Notes under the pieces: generated by a model
Told to the model about the DNA's origin: nothing
Database searches by the model: none
The model's input: the letters and a program-made list of their open reading frames with translations, nothing else
DNA from: a virus
Taxonomy: Duplodnaviria; Caudoviricetes
Length of the DNA stretch: 53,338 bases
Virus record (IMG/VR): IMGVR_UViG_3300031885_000018
Span: 1-53,338 of that record
Reading direction: 5' to 3' (one strand)
Translations under genes and position numbers: made by a program
Part shown: piece by piece, positions 1-8,073 of the stretch
How positions within the stretch are numbered: position 1 is the first letter of the stretch
Layout: the number at the start of each line of letters is the position of its first letter

Positions 1-1164
1 GCGGCTAAGTTGGCTTCCATTCTACAAAGCCATACTGGCGGCGGCACAATGGATATTATCTGGGGTGAAGACCTTAAGCTAACTGAATCCAAGAGCGAAG
101 TCTACAAGTTTTTGGGTGAGGAAAAGTACAAGCCAATTTTAAACGCTCTTTATGCGGGCCTTGGTATTCCACCGACGCTAACAGGTACTTATGGCGCGGC
201 AGGCACCACCAACAACTTTATCTCTCTCAAGACTCTTACAGAAAGACTTGAGTATGGTCGCCAAGTTGTCAAGGAGTTCTGGGAGGCCGAACTTGCCATA
301 GTTCAAAAGGCTATGGGTTTTAGGTTTGCAGCTAACATTGAGTTCGACCTAATGAACTTGGGCGATGAGCAGACAACACTAACTCTATTCAAAGAGATGG
401 TGGATAGGAACATTATCTCCGACGAAACCATGCAATACGTAATGAAGCAGAACCCAGAAATGGAAAGAATCAGAATTAACCGTGAGGCTAAGGACCGCGA
501 TAACGGTCGTCTTGTCAATAAGACCGGCCCGTACTTCGAGCAGATTGCTACAGAAAGCCTTAAGAAGATTGCATTGCAGCAGGGAACAGTTACACCTGGG
601 CAGGTTGGATTGGACATTCCAGAGAAGCCAGAAACAGAAACCGCGCTCATTGATAAGAAGCATGAGCAGGATATGGAGAAGCAAAAGCTTGCCAATCAGG
701 TTAAGGTAACCCAGCAGAAGGCTAAAGGAAAGCCGGGTCAGGGTCGCCCGTCTGGGTCTAAGGATTCCTCAAAGAGAAAGACTAAAACCTTTAAGCCAAG
801 AAGTAGGGCGGCGCTTGCTGTTTGGGCTAATCATGCCCAGGCTGAAATTGCGGCCATATTAAATCCTGGCTTCCTTGAGAGCTACGGAAAGAAGAATTTC
901 CGCATGTTTAGTACGTCTGAAGCTGAAGAGTCAGAAAGAATCAAGTTTGGGGTATTATCTACTATTGAGCCATTCTCCGAAATTAATGAGGAAGTGGTTA
1001 AAAGTGGACTTAATTTTGGGGACGAGTACAAAGAGATGTATTCAATGTACAGGAATTATCTAAATGATGTTTCCTCAGCAACAGAGAAGAGTCCTACGCT
1101 AGACGACATTAAGAGCATCCAAGCATGTGTTTATGCAGACTATTATGGAGGAAGCGATGAGTAA
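1..1164 (+). CDS. Portal protein, C-terminal part (5' truncated by window)
   Basis: Frame open from base 1. Portal-like segments (LYAGLGIPPTL...NNFISLKTLTERLEYGR, IEFD..NL.DE, DRNIISDET), basic tail, and position upstream of protease and capsid genes. Confidence 0.75.
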   Translation, partial: AAKLASILQSHTGGGTMDIIWGEDLKLTESKSEVYKFLGEEKYKPILNALYAGLGIPPTLTGTYGAAGTTNNFISLKTLTERLEYGRQVVKEFWEAELAIVQKAMGFRFAANIEFDLMNLGDEQTTLTLFKEMVDRNIISDETMQYVMKQNPEMERIRINREAKDRDNGRLVNKTGPYFEQIATESLKKIALQQGTVTPGQVGLDIPEKPETETALIDKKHEQDMEKQKLANQVKVTQQKAKGKPGQGRPSGSKDSSKRKTKTFKPRSRAALAVWANHAQAEIAAILNPGFLESYGKKNFRMFSTSEAEESERIKFGVLSTIEPFSEINEEVVKSGLNFGDEYKEMYSMYRNYLNDVSSATEKSPTLDDIKSIQACVYADYYGGSDE

Positions 1165-1459
1165 GGTAAGTATAGAGCTAGATACACAAACCCAAGAACT
1201 CAAAGTAGTTGTGGACGGTAAGGCTCTCGACAATGTAACGAGTGCTAGTGTCTACAAATACAGAGACTATTATGATGATGAAGAGGAAAGGGTTTCAGTA
1301 AGTATTAGCCAAAGAATAGAGCCAGAGACAAAGGGTGATGTGTGTACACATATTATGCTCAGCGCCTCTGCTAATGGCGATTTAGTTGCAGATAAGGCTA
1401 GCGAGACAGACTTACAACGCTCAATATCCGGTTTCCTAAACAGCAAGAGAAAGAGATAA
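1157..1459 (+). CDS. Hypothetical protein in head module
   Basis: ATG at 1157 with GGAGG at 1147-1151; overlaps the portal stop and abuts the next gene. Confidence 0.65.
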   Translation: MSKVSIELDTQTQELKVVVDGKALDNVTSASVYKYRDYYDDEEERVSVSISQRIEPETKGDVCTHIMLSASANGDLVADKASETDLQRSISGFLNSKRKR

Positions 1460-3061
1460 ATGTCAAGATACATACCTATTTTTCAAGCAGAAATTGATGC
1501 CGGTATAGCCGAACAGGTTCGTACTCAGGCTTCAATAGCATATCTAATAGAGCCGCAAACATATGTTCCAAGTAGTGAACAGATGGAAAGAATTGCCGCT
1601 GCGCTTCATGCAGTAGGCGTTCAAAATAAGGTTCTAGCTGGATTAACAGATAGTGACCTATATCTAAACAAATCCATATTAGCTTCTACTAATTGGAATA
1701 AGAATGATGATATATTCGACCCACTAGAAACATGGCACGCTAGAAGTACCCCAATTCACAAGCCAAGTAACCTTGAGCATGTTGACACATCTATAATCGG
1801 CCACATGATTGATACGTGGTGTATTGATGAAAACGCTAAGATTATAGCTAACAATCTAGCTGATGACCATGTTCCAGCTTTCTTCCATCTAATAGATGCT
1901 TCTGTAATCTATAGGGTTTGGAGCAATGAAAAGGTTAAGGAAAAGGTAGAAGAGCTTATCGCTAAGATTGATAAGAAAGAAGCTCTAGTATCAATGGAAT
2001 GTTTATTCTCTGGGTTTAACTACGGTATTATAACTCCAGAGGGCGACCAAAGGGTTGTGGCTAGAGCTACTGATACTGCTTTCTTAACCAAACACCTTAG
2101 AGCATATGGTGGTACTGGTGAATACGAAGGATGCAAAATTGGCCGTATTATGCGTAATATGTCCTTTTCTGGTAAGGGTTATGTGGTACGTCCAGCTAAC
2201 CCAGCAAGCTCAGCATTCCCTTGGGAATCAGTAATAGATTTTAGTACGGCAACGGAAATAAATCCGTTTTCCAAAAGAAATGGTGTATCTATATTTTGTG
2301 GCGATACTCAACAGAGTAAAGCTGCTAAACCAAATAATGACAAGGAGAACAGTAATATGTCAGATGTTGTAAACAAGGTTCTAGAGGACCAAGTAGCTGA
2401 GCTTAAGGCTTCCGTCAAAGCGTTGACAGAAGACAACAAGACTCTTGCTGAGAAGTCCACGAAGGCATCCGTTGATAAATTGGAGCTTTCCGTTACAGAC
2501 CTAACGAAGAAGCTTGAGGCATCTGTTTCAGATGTTACAGCTCTTACAAAAGAACTAGCTGACGCTAAGGCCGCTTCCGTTAAGGCAGCCGCCGACCTAG
2601 AAGCAGCTAACACAGCTAAGGCAGCTCTTGAGACAGACCTAGGTAAGATTAAGGCAGAGGCCGCTAAGGCAGCCCGCGTTGCTACTCTTGTCGCCGGTGG
2701 TGTCTCCGCAGAAGATGCAGCCGCTACAGTCGAGAAGTTTGCAAGTTCCAGCGATGAGCAGTTTGCTCTAGTTGCTGAGTTTGCTATCAAGGCTGCAAAG
2801 CCAGCACCGTTCGAGTCCAAAGACGATAAGAATGGTAAGAAAGAGAAGAAAGAAGGCTGCAAGGCTACTGCATCTGATGCAGACGAGTCCGGCGCTTCTG
2901 CTGACCTTGAGAGTGTTGAAACAGACGAAGAGCCAAATCTAGCTGCCGCAGGTAGCGAAGAAGGCGAAGACGTAGCCACTGAAACCCGTAAGGCTTTGGC
3001 TGGCTGGCTTGAATCCAGAATTGCTGGTGGTAGCAAGGCTAAAGCAAAAGCAACTAAGTAA
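1460..3061 (+). CDS. Prohead maturation protease fused to scaffold
   Basis: HKPSNLEH...IIGH and VSMEC motifs (His/Ser of HK97/herpes-fold prohead proteases), GKGYVVRPANP, then an Ala/Lys/Glu-rich coiled coil. Confidence 0.8.
   Translation: MSRYIPIFQAEIDAGIAEQVRTQASIAYLIEPQTYVPSSEQMERIAAALHAVGVQNKVLAGLTDSDLYLNKSILASTNWNKNDDIFDPLETWHARSTPIHKPSNLEHVDTSIIGHMIDTWCIDENAKIIANNLADDHVPAFFHLIDASVIYRVWSNEKVKEKVEELIAKIDKKEALVSMECLFSGFNYGIITPEGDQRVVARATDTAFLTKHLRAYGGTGEYEGCKIGRIMRNMSFSGKGYVVRPANPASSAFPWESVIDFSTATEINPFSKRNGVSIFCGDTQQSKAAKPNNDKENSNMSDVVNKVLEDQVAELKASVKALTEDNKTLAEKSTKASVDKLELSVTDLTKKLEASVSDVTALTKELADAKAASVKAAADLEAANTAKAALETDLGKIKAEAAKAARVATLVAGGVSAEDAAATVEKFASSSDEQFALVAEFAIKAAKPAPFESKDDKNGKKEKKEGCKATASDADESGASADLESVETDEEPNLAAAGSEEGEDVATETRKALAGWLESRIAGGSKAKAKATK
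2282..2292 (+). promoter_or_regulatory. Putative late promoter motif GGTGTATCTAT for the nested scaffold
   Basis: Same AAATGGTGTAT core as at 13579 and 34312; 75 nt upstream of the internal ATG at 2357. Confidence 0.5.
2357..3061 (+). CDS. Nested in-frame scaffolding protein (234 aa)
   Basis: AAGGAG at 2342-2347, then an in-frame ATG (MSDVVNKVLEDQ) exactly where the coiled coil begins. Confidence 0.65.
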   Translation: MSDVVNKVLEDQVAELKASVKALTEDNKTLAEKSTKASVDKLELSVTDLTKKLEASVSDVTALTKELADAKAASVKAAADLEAANTAKAALETDLGKIKAEAAKAARVATLVAGGVSAEDAAATVEKFASSSDEQFALVAEFAIKAAKPAPFESKDDKNGKKEKKEGCKATASDADESGASADLESVETDEEPNLAAAGSEEGEDVATETRKALAGWLESRIAGGSKAKAKATK

Positions 3062-3085
3062 TTTCTTAAAGGAGATATAGTACAG

Positions 3086-3547
3086 ATGGCTCTAAAATCA
3101 GATAGACACGAATTTCTAACAGACATGTCGTTCTTCACGAACTTTGTTGCTACTCGTGGTTATGTTTTGGTACACAACAGCTCCGGTTCCGGTGCAGCTA
3201 TGGACCAAGCAAGTGCTTACGTTGCTCTACCAACAGGTGCAGCAGGCGTATCCGGCACAAATCCAGTAGGTTTGCTACTAAACGACGTTGTCAACTACGA
3301 CTTGACTCGTCAGCACATCAACTGGCACAAGGATGAAGTCCAGGTTGGAGGCAAGGTATTGCTTCTAAGACGCGGCTGGGTTGTAACAAACGCAGTTAGC
3401 GGTACACCAACAGCCGGTGACAAGGCTTATTACAATGCTCTAGGTGAATTGACACCGACAGCCGTTGCTAATAGCACACAGGTTGGACGTTTCCTAAGCG
3501 CTAAAGACGCCGATGGATATGCAAAAGTAGACATCAACATACAATAA
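3086..3547 (+). CDS. Capsid decoration/cement protein
   Basis: 153 aa between scaffold and MCP; GGKVLLLRRGWVVTN...P.AGD.AY...G.L...VGRFLS pattern; strong RBS AAAGGAGA. Confidence 0.7.
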   Translation: MALKSDRHEFLTDMSFFTNFVATRGYVLVHNSSGSGAAMDQASAYVALPTGAAGVSGTNPVGLLLNDVVNYDLTRQHINWHKDEVQVGGKVLLLRRGWVVTNAVSGTPTAGDKAYYNALGELTPTAVANSTQVGRFLSAKDADGYAKVDINIQ

Positions 3548-3569
3548 TTTTAGGAGAGATAACAAAATC

Positions 3570-4568
3570 ATGGCTAAGGTTCAACCGACTCCAGAAATGG
3601 ACCAGCTTCTAATCAAGTCTGGTTCCTACATTAAAGAAGAGGCTCTTGCTGCTCAGGCAGAACTTGCCAAGGCCCTAGAACTACCTTTGAGAAAGGGTAT
3701 TCTTTTTGGGGACATCCTTGACAGTATTTTTGAGCCTATAGCTTTGACACAGAGTGCAACTCCAGAGTTCCCTCTTGATTTCATCGCTCCAGGTACAGAA
3801 AAGGATTTCGTAGCGTATACAATCCCTAACCACGGTCGTATACCAGAGAGACACGTTGAAGGCGATTACGTCATGGTTCCGACATACGATGTCGGTGCAT
3901 CCATCGACTGGTTGCTTAAGTATGCCCGTGACGCCCGTTGGGATGTTGTCGGTCGTGCTATGGAATTGATGGAAGCTCAGTTCACCAAGAAGATGAATGA
4001 TGACGGATGGCACACAATCCTAGCGGCTGGTGTTGACCGTAACATTGTTGTCTTGGACGCTGATAGCAATCCAGGTCAGTTCACAAAGAGACTTGTTTCT
4101 CTAGCGAAGACAGTTATGCGTAGAAACGGTGGTGGTAACTCAACATCACTTAACCGTGGTATCCTAACGGATATTTACATGAGCCCAGAAGGTGTCGAAG
4201 ACATCCGTAACTGGGGTCTTGACCAAGTAGACGAGTTCACCAGAAGAGAAATCTTCACAGCAGAAGACGGTAGAATCAACCGTGTATTCTCTGTAAATCT
4301 TCACGATTTGGACGAACTTGGTGAAGGTCAGGAATATCAGTTGTTCTACACAAACCAGCTTGGTGGTTCCCTACCATCTGGACACGTAGAGCTAGCTGTA
4401 GGCTTGGACCTACGCAAGAGTGATAGCTTTGTTATGCCAATTCGTGAGCAGGTTCAAATCTTCGAGGACGAAGCATTGCATCGTCAGAAGAGAGCTGGTC
4501 TATACGGTTGGGCTGAGCAGGGTTTCGCTGTTCTAGACAACAGAAGAGTTCTACTACTATCCTACTAA
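3570..4568 (+). CDS. Major capsid protein (HK97 fold)
   Basis: 332 aa, RBS AGGAGA, canonical position, strong codon bias, C-terminal GLYGWAEQGFAVLD, followed by a terminator. Confidence 0.85.
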   Translation: MAKVQPTPEMDQLLIKSGSYIKEEALAAQAELAKALELPLRKGILFGDILDSIFEPIALTQSATPEFPLDFIAPGTEKDFVAYTIPNHGRIPERHVEGDYVMVPTYDVGASIDWLLKYARDARWDVVGRAMELMEAQFTKKMNDDGWHTILAAGVDRNIVVLDADSNPGQFTKRLVSLAKTVMRRNGGGNSTSLNRGILTDIYMSPEGVEDIRNWGLDQVDEFTRREIFTAEDGRINRVFSVNLHDLDELGEGQEYQLFYTNQLGGSLPSGHVELAVGLDLRKSDSFVMPIREQVQIFEDEALHRQKRAGLYGWAEQGFAVLDNRRVLLLSY

Positions 4569-4591
4569 GGGTATAGTCAACTATAAAAATC

Positions 4592-4629
4592 AAGAGGGGC
4601 TATACTTCGGTGTAGCTCCTCTTTTTTTT
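4592..4629 (+). terminator. Rho-independent terminator
   Basis: AAGAGGGGCTATAC-TTCG-GTGTAGCTCCTCTT stem with a C(UUCG)G tetraloop and a T run. Confidence 0.9.
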
Positions 4630-4636
4630 GGTAGAA

Positions 4637-4646
4637 GGTGTATTAT
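4637..4646 (+). promoter_or_regulatory. Putative late promoter GGTGTATTAT
   Basis: Directly after the terminator and 50 nt before ATG 4687; recurs in other intergenic gaps. Confidence 0.6.
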
Positions 4647-4686
4647 TAGGTAGTTATACAACTGTTTTGCCGAGGGTTAATGAGTT

Positions 4687-6375
4687 ATGGCTATTAATGT
4701 TGCCACAATATGGGAGGTACAGACTAGCGGCCTTGATGGTAGTGGTGGCTATGGGGGTGGATTTTTTACTGGTAGCTCTCAGTATGGTACAAATTTATTG
4801 GTGACCAATTCTGGTGGTATGACTAGTAGCCCTATTGTATCTAGTACAACACATACGTTTACTAGCATGGATGTTGGGCATTGGTTATATATTGGCATCA
4901 ACAATCCTTGGATTCCAGGTTGGTATCAGATAACAGGGGTTATCACTGGTAGTGGTATGATTAACGCTGATATTGGTCAAGCTACTATTTTTCAGACAAA
5001 TACATTTAGCGGTGCATGTCCAGATAGACTAAATCCATCTCTTGGGTGTGCTACGACAGCATCTCCAACCGGAGGTACTTTTGCTATAGATTTCTCTCAA
5101 AACACTCCTGTACTTTTTACTGGCTTGGTTTGTACCTCTACCTCTGGTATAAATTTTACCTGTTCCAACCTACAGGGTATTTCGCCAGGAACTAGATGGT
5201 TATCAGGTAATACTATAAACATTCTTGGTGGTAGTGGTTTTACTCCTGGTCGATACCAAATTACATCGGGTTCGGCTAATACTTCGGAAATGCAGGTAGA
5301 TAGAAGTTTTGGTGCTGCGTCTGGTGCTATTGCTAGCGGCTATCTTGGTGGCCCTCTAGCTACTCCTGGTTACGCCGCCTCACAAAGAGTTATTGGTAAT
5401 TGTGTCTTTATTAAAAACGGCACATATACTATAACAACTAGAACAGCAAACGTATCCTCTGGTTGTATCTTAGAAATTGGAGCTAATACTTCTGGAAATA
5501 CTTCAAGATGGACAGGATATAGCGGCATAAGACAGGATAGTATAAATGCTGTTACTTTAATTTTTGCTAGCGGCGTTACTTCTGGAACATTACTAAGAAC
5601 ATCTGGAAACTACTGCTTAGTAGATAACCTAACCTTTGATGGTAATAAGCAAACAGCCTCAAGGGGTTATTGGGCTGGTACTACTAGGCAGACTATACAA
5701 GACTGTAACGCATATAACTGTAATAGCGGGGCTTTTGTTTGTAGCAACAATGGGGCGATAGCAATTAATTGTTTAGCTACAGGTTGTTCTGTTTGGCCTG
5801 CTTATGCTCAAGACACAGGACCAACAGCGGCAAATTTTTCATTGTATAATTGTAGGGCTAGCAATAATAGCGCCGGTGGACTAGGCGTGGTTCTTCATGC
5901 GTATTATTGTATAGCCGATAATAATACTGGGGATGGAATTGGTTTTACAAATGCAACTATGGCTTATAAGTGTGTCGCATACAACAATACTAATGGTGGT
6001 TTCAATATAGGTGGTGCTGGTGGAGCTATTTTAATGGACTGTGTTGCAGAAAATAATGCAAGCGGATTTTTAGCTACTAGTGCTACCATAGGTAACTTTT
6101 TATATAATTGTGCGGCGTACAACAATACGGTTAATTACGCTAATGTTCCAGAGCAAGTAAACTGTATTGTTGGAACAGGAACATTCTTTGCTGGTGCATC
6201 TACTGGTAATTTTGCTCCAAGTCTTACATCGCAGGCTTTATATGGTGGATACGGCGTATTTCCCCGTGGTCTAACTACTCAATATACGGACATAGGTTTC
6301 CAACATCAAGAGTTATCTATTAATGATATAGCGTCTGGTATTTGGAATTACTCTAGCAGAACATTGACGGGGTAA
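4687..6375 (+). CDS. Right-handed parallel beta-helix (pectin-lyase-like) virion spike protein 1
   Basis: Repeated C.A.NN..G turns (Asn/Cys ladder), VFIKNGTY and NLTFDGN motifs, Gly/Ser/Thr-rich. Confidence 0.7.
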   Translation: MAINVATIWEVQTSGLDGSGGYGGGFFTGSSQYGTNLLVTNSGGMTSSPIVSSTTHTFTSMDVGHWLYIGINNPWIPGWYQITGVITGSGMINADIGQATIFQTNTFSGACPDRLNPSLGCATTASPTGGTFAIDFSQNTPVLFTGLVCTSTSGINFTCSNLQGISPGTRWLSGNTINILGGSGFTPGRYQITSGSANTSEMQVDRSFGAASGAIASGYLGGPLATPGYAASQRVIGNCVFIKNGTYTITTRTANVSSGCILEIGANTSGNTSRWTGYSGIRQDSINAVTLIFASGVTSGTLLRTSGNYCLVDNLTFDGNKQTASRGYWAGTTRQTIQDCNAYNCNSGAFVCSNNGAIAINCLATGCSVWPAYAQDTGPTAANFSLYNCRASNNSAGGLGVVLHAYYCIADNNTGDGIGFTNATMAYKCVAYNNTNGGFNIGGAGGAILMDCVAENNASGFLATSATIGNFLYNCAAYNNTVNYANVPEQVNCIVGTGTFFAGASTGNFAPSLTSQALYGGYGVFPRGLTTQYTDIGFQHQELSINDIASGIWNYSSRTLTG

Positions 6376-6378
6376 GAT

Positions 6379-8073
6379 ATGGCTATTAATGCTGCTACAT
6401 TATGGGAGGTTCAAACTAGTGGTAGTGATACGAATGGTGGAGCGTTTGTTCCTGGTCTTACTGCTGCTAATGTTTATATTTCTACTCTATCAGTAAGCAA
6501 TTCTGGTGGGCTATCTACTAACCCATTAGTTACTAGTACATCATATAATTTTCTCCCCAGAGATATTGGTCACTACGTATACATAAAGAAGAATGTACAA
6601 AGCTGGACTCCTGGGTGGTATGCCATTACTGGTGTTGTTGGTAGTGGAGCTATGTTGGGTGCCTCTATAGGTAACTCAACTCAGTATTTTTCTGGAGTAA
6701 ACGTCTCTGGTGGTGTAACAACATCTTCTCCAACAATAGTTAATACGGTTGCAGGATGTGCTACCACAGCTTCTCCTACTGGTGGTATGTGGAGTATAGA
6801 CTATTCTCAAAGTACAGCAATAGATGTGAATGACATAGTTGCTGCTTCTACAACCACATTTTCAAGCGCTGCTTTAAAAGGAACATCTTCAGCTTGCAAA
6901 AATTATGTAGGTAACACCATCAATATTACTTCTGGTACTGGTTTTACTCTTGGAAGATACCAGATTGTTAGCGAGAATGGTGCTGGGGTTATGACGGTAG
7001 ATAGAAGCTGGGTTGCTACTTCTGGAACCGCTTCTGGTAAGTTGGGTGGACCTTTAGCAAATCCTGGTTTTATGCAATCACAAAAGGTAACTAGTAATGG
7101 CGCCTTTATAAAAGCTGGTACGTACATAATTTCAAGTAGCGGCGTTAATACCAGCTCTGGTTGTTTAAACGATACGGTTGGTGGTGCTGCTGCTACCTAT
7201 GGTACAACTATTGGTTATAACTCCGTAAGGTGTGACAGTGGCACTCCACCCGTTTTACAATTAGCTAGCGGTGTTAGGTCTGGTGTAATAATAAGAATTG
7301 CAAGTTCGTTTTGCTCTTTTGAAAATATTACATGTGATGGCAATAATGCATTTAGAGGTCGCGGTTTTTTGCTTTTCAGTGTAAGGGCCGTTACTAGGTC
7401 ATGTAATGCTTACAACTGTACAAGCGGAGGATTTGTTGGGTCTAGCGCTGGAACAGCTATTTCGTGTGTGGCAACTGGATGTTCTGGTGTAGCTGCGTTT
7501 AGTGCAAGTATATTAAATATTGCTCATTGCGAAGCATATAACAATATGATTGATGGATTTAATGTGTCGGCACAGTCTGTGGTTAAGTGCCTGTCATACA
7601 ACAACATAGGAGCTGGTTTTGTTATTGGTGTTCTGAATATTACAGAAGGATGTATAGCATACAACAATACAAAAAATGGATTTGAAAACACGTCAGCACA
7701 CGGAATGTATGTAAATTGTGTTGCAGAAAATAATGGTGGTAGTGGATTTTATGCTAGTCTTAGTACACTTAATTACTTTAGAAATTGTGCTGCATATAAT
7801 AATACGGTGAACTATGTGCCGCTCACATCACAAAGGCTTGAAAATTGTATTAGCGGTTCCACTAGTTTCTTTGTTAATGCTTCTGGTGGTAATTTTGCTC
7901 CAAATAATAATATAAGTGGCGGTCTGTTGCTACAGGGAAATGGCTATCCTACTATTGACCCTAAAGGTACAACCTTAATGTATCCAAATATTGGTTTACA
8001 GCACCAAGAACTAACGGCTAATAATATTGCATCGGGAGTATGGAATTATTCAAATAGGACTAGAACAGGATGA
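6379..8073 (+). CDS. Beta-helix virion spike protein 2, paralogue of 4687-6375
   Basis: Shares MAIN.AT.WEVQTSG, GCATTASPTGG, GRYQI, LGGPLA.PG, NCAAYNNTVNY and the C-terminal QHQEL...IASG.WNYS.RT.TG. Confidence 0.7.
   Translation: MAINAATLWEVQTSGSDTNGGAFVPGLTAANVYISTLSVSNSGGLSTNPLVTSTSYNFLPRDIGHYVYIKKNVQSWTPGWYAITGVVGSGAMLGASIGNSTQYFSGVNVSGGVTTSSPTIVNTVAGCATTASPTGGMWSIDYSQSTAIDVNDIVAASTTTFSSAALKGTSSACKNYVGNTINITSGTGFTLGRYQIVSENGAGVMTVDRSWVATSGTASGKLGGPLANPGFMQSQKVTSNGAFIKAGTYIISSSGVNTSSGCLNDTVGGAAATYGTTIGYNSVRCDSGTPPVLQLASGVRSGVIIRIASSFCSFENITCDGNNAFRGRGFLLFSVRAVTRSCNAYNCTSGGFVGSSAGTAISCVATGCSGVAAFSASILNIAHCEAYNNMIDGFNVSAQSVVKCLSYNNIGAGFVIGVLNITEGCIAYNNTKNGFENTSAHGMYVNCVAENNGGSGFYASLSTLNYFRNCAAYNNTVNYVPLTSQRLENCISGSTSFFVNASGGNFAPNNNISGGLLLQGNGYPTIDPKGTTLMYPNIGLQHQELTANNIASGVWNYSNRTRTG

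Noticed and set aside
2308-3138. 276-aa antisense ORF and similar shadow ORFs (e.g. 8756-9232, 17428-18015, 35679-36161, 36395-36856)
   Set aside because: They lie opposite well-supported genes and have no recognisable motifs; codon bias explains them.
4687-8073. Diversity-generating retroelement acting on the paralogous C-termini
   Set aside because: No reverse transcriptase in the window, and the differences are not adenine-specific.
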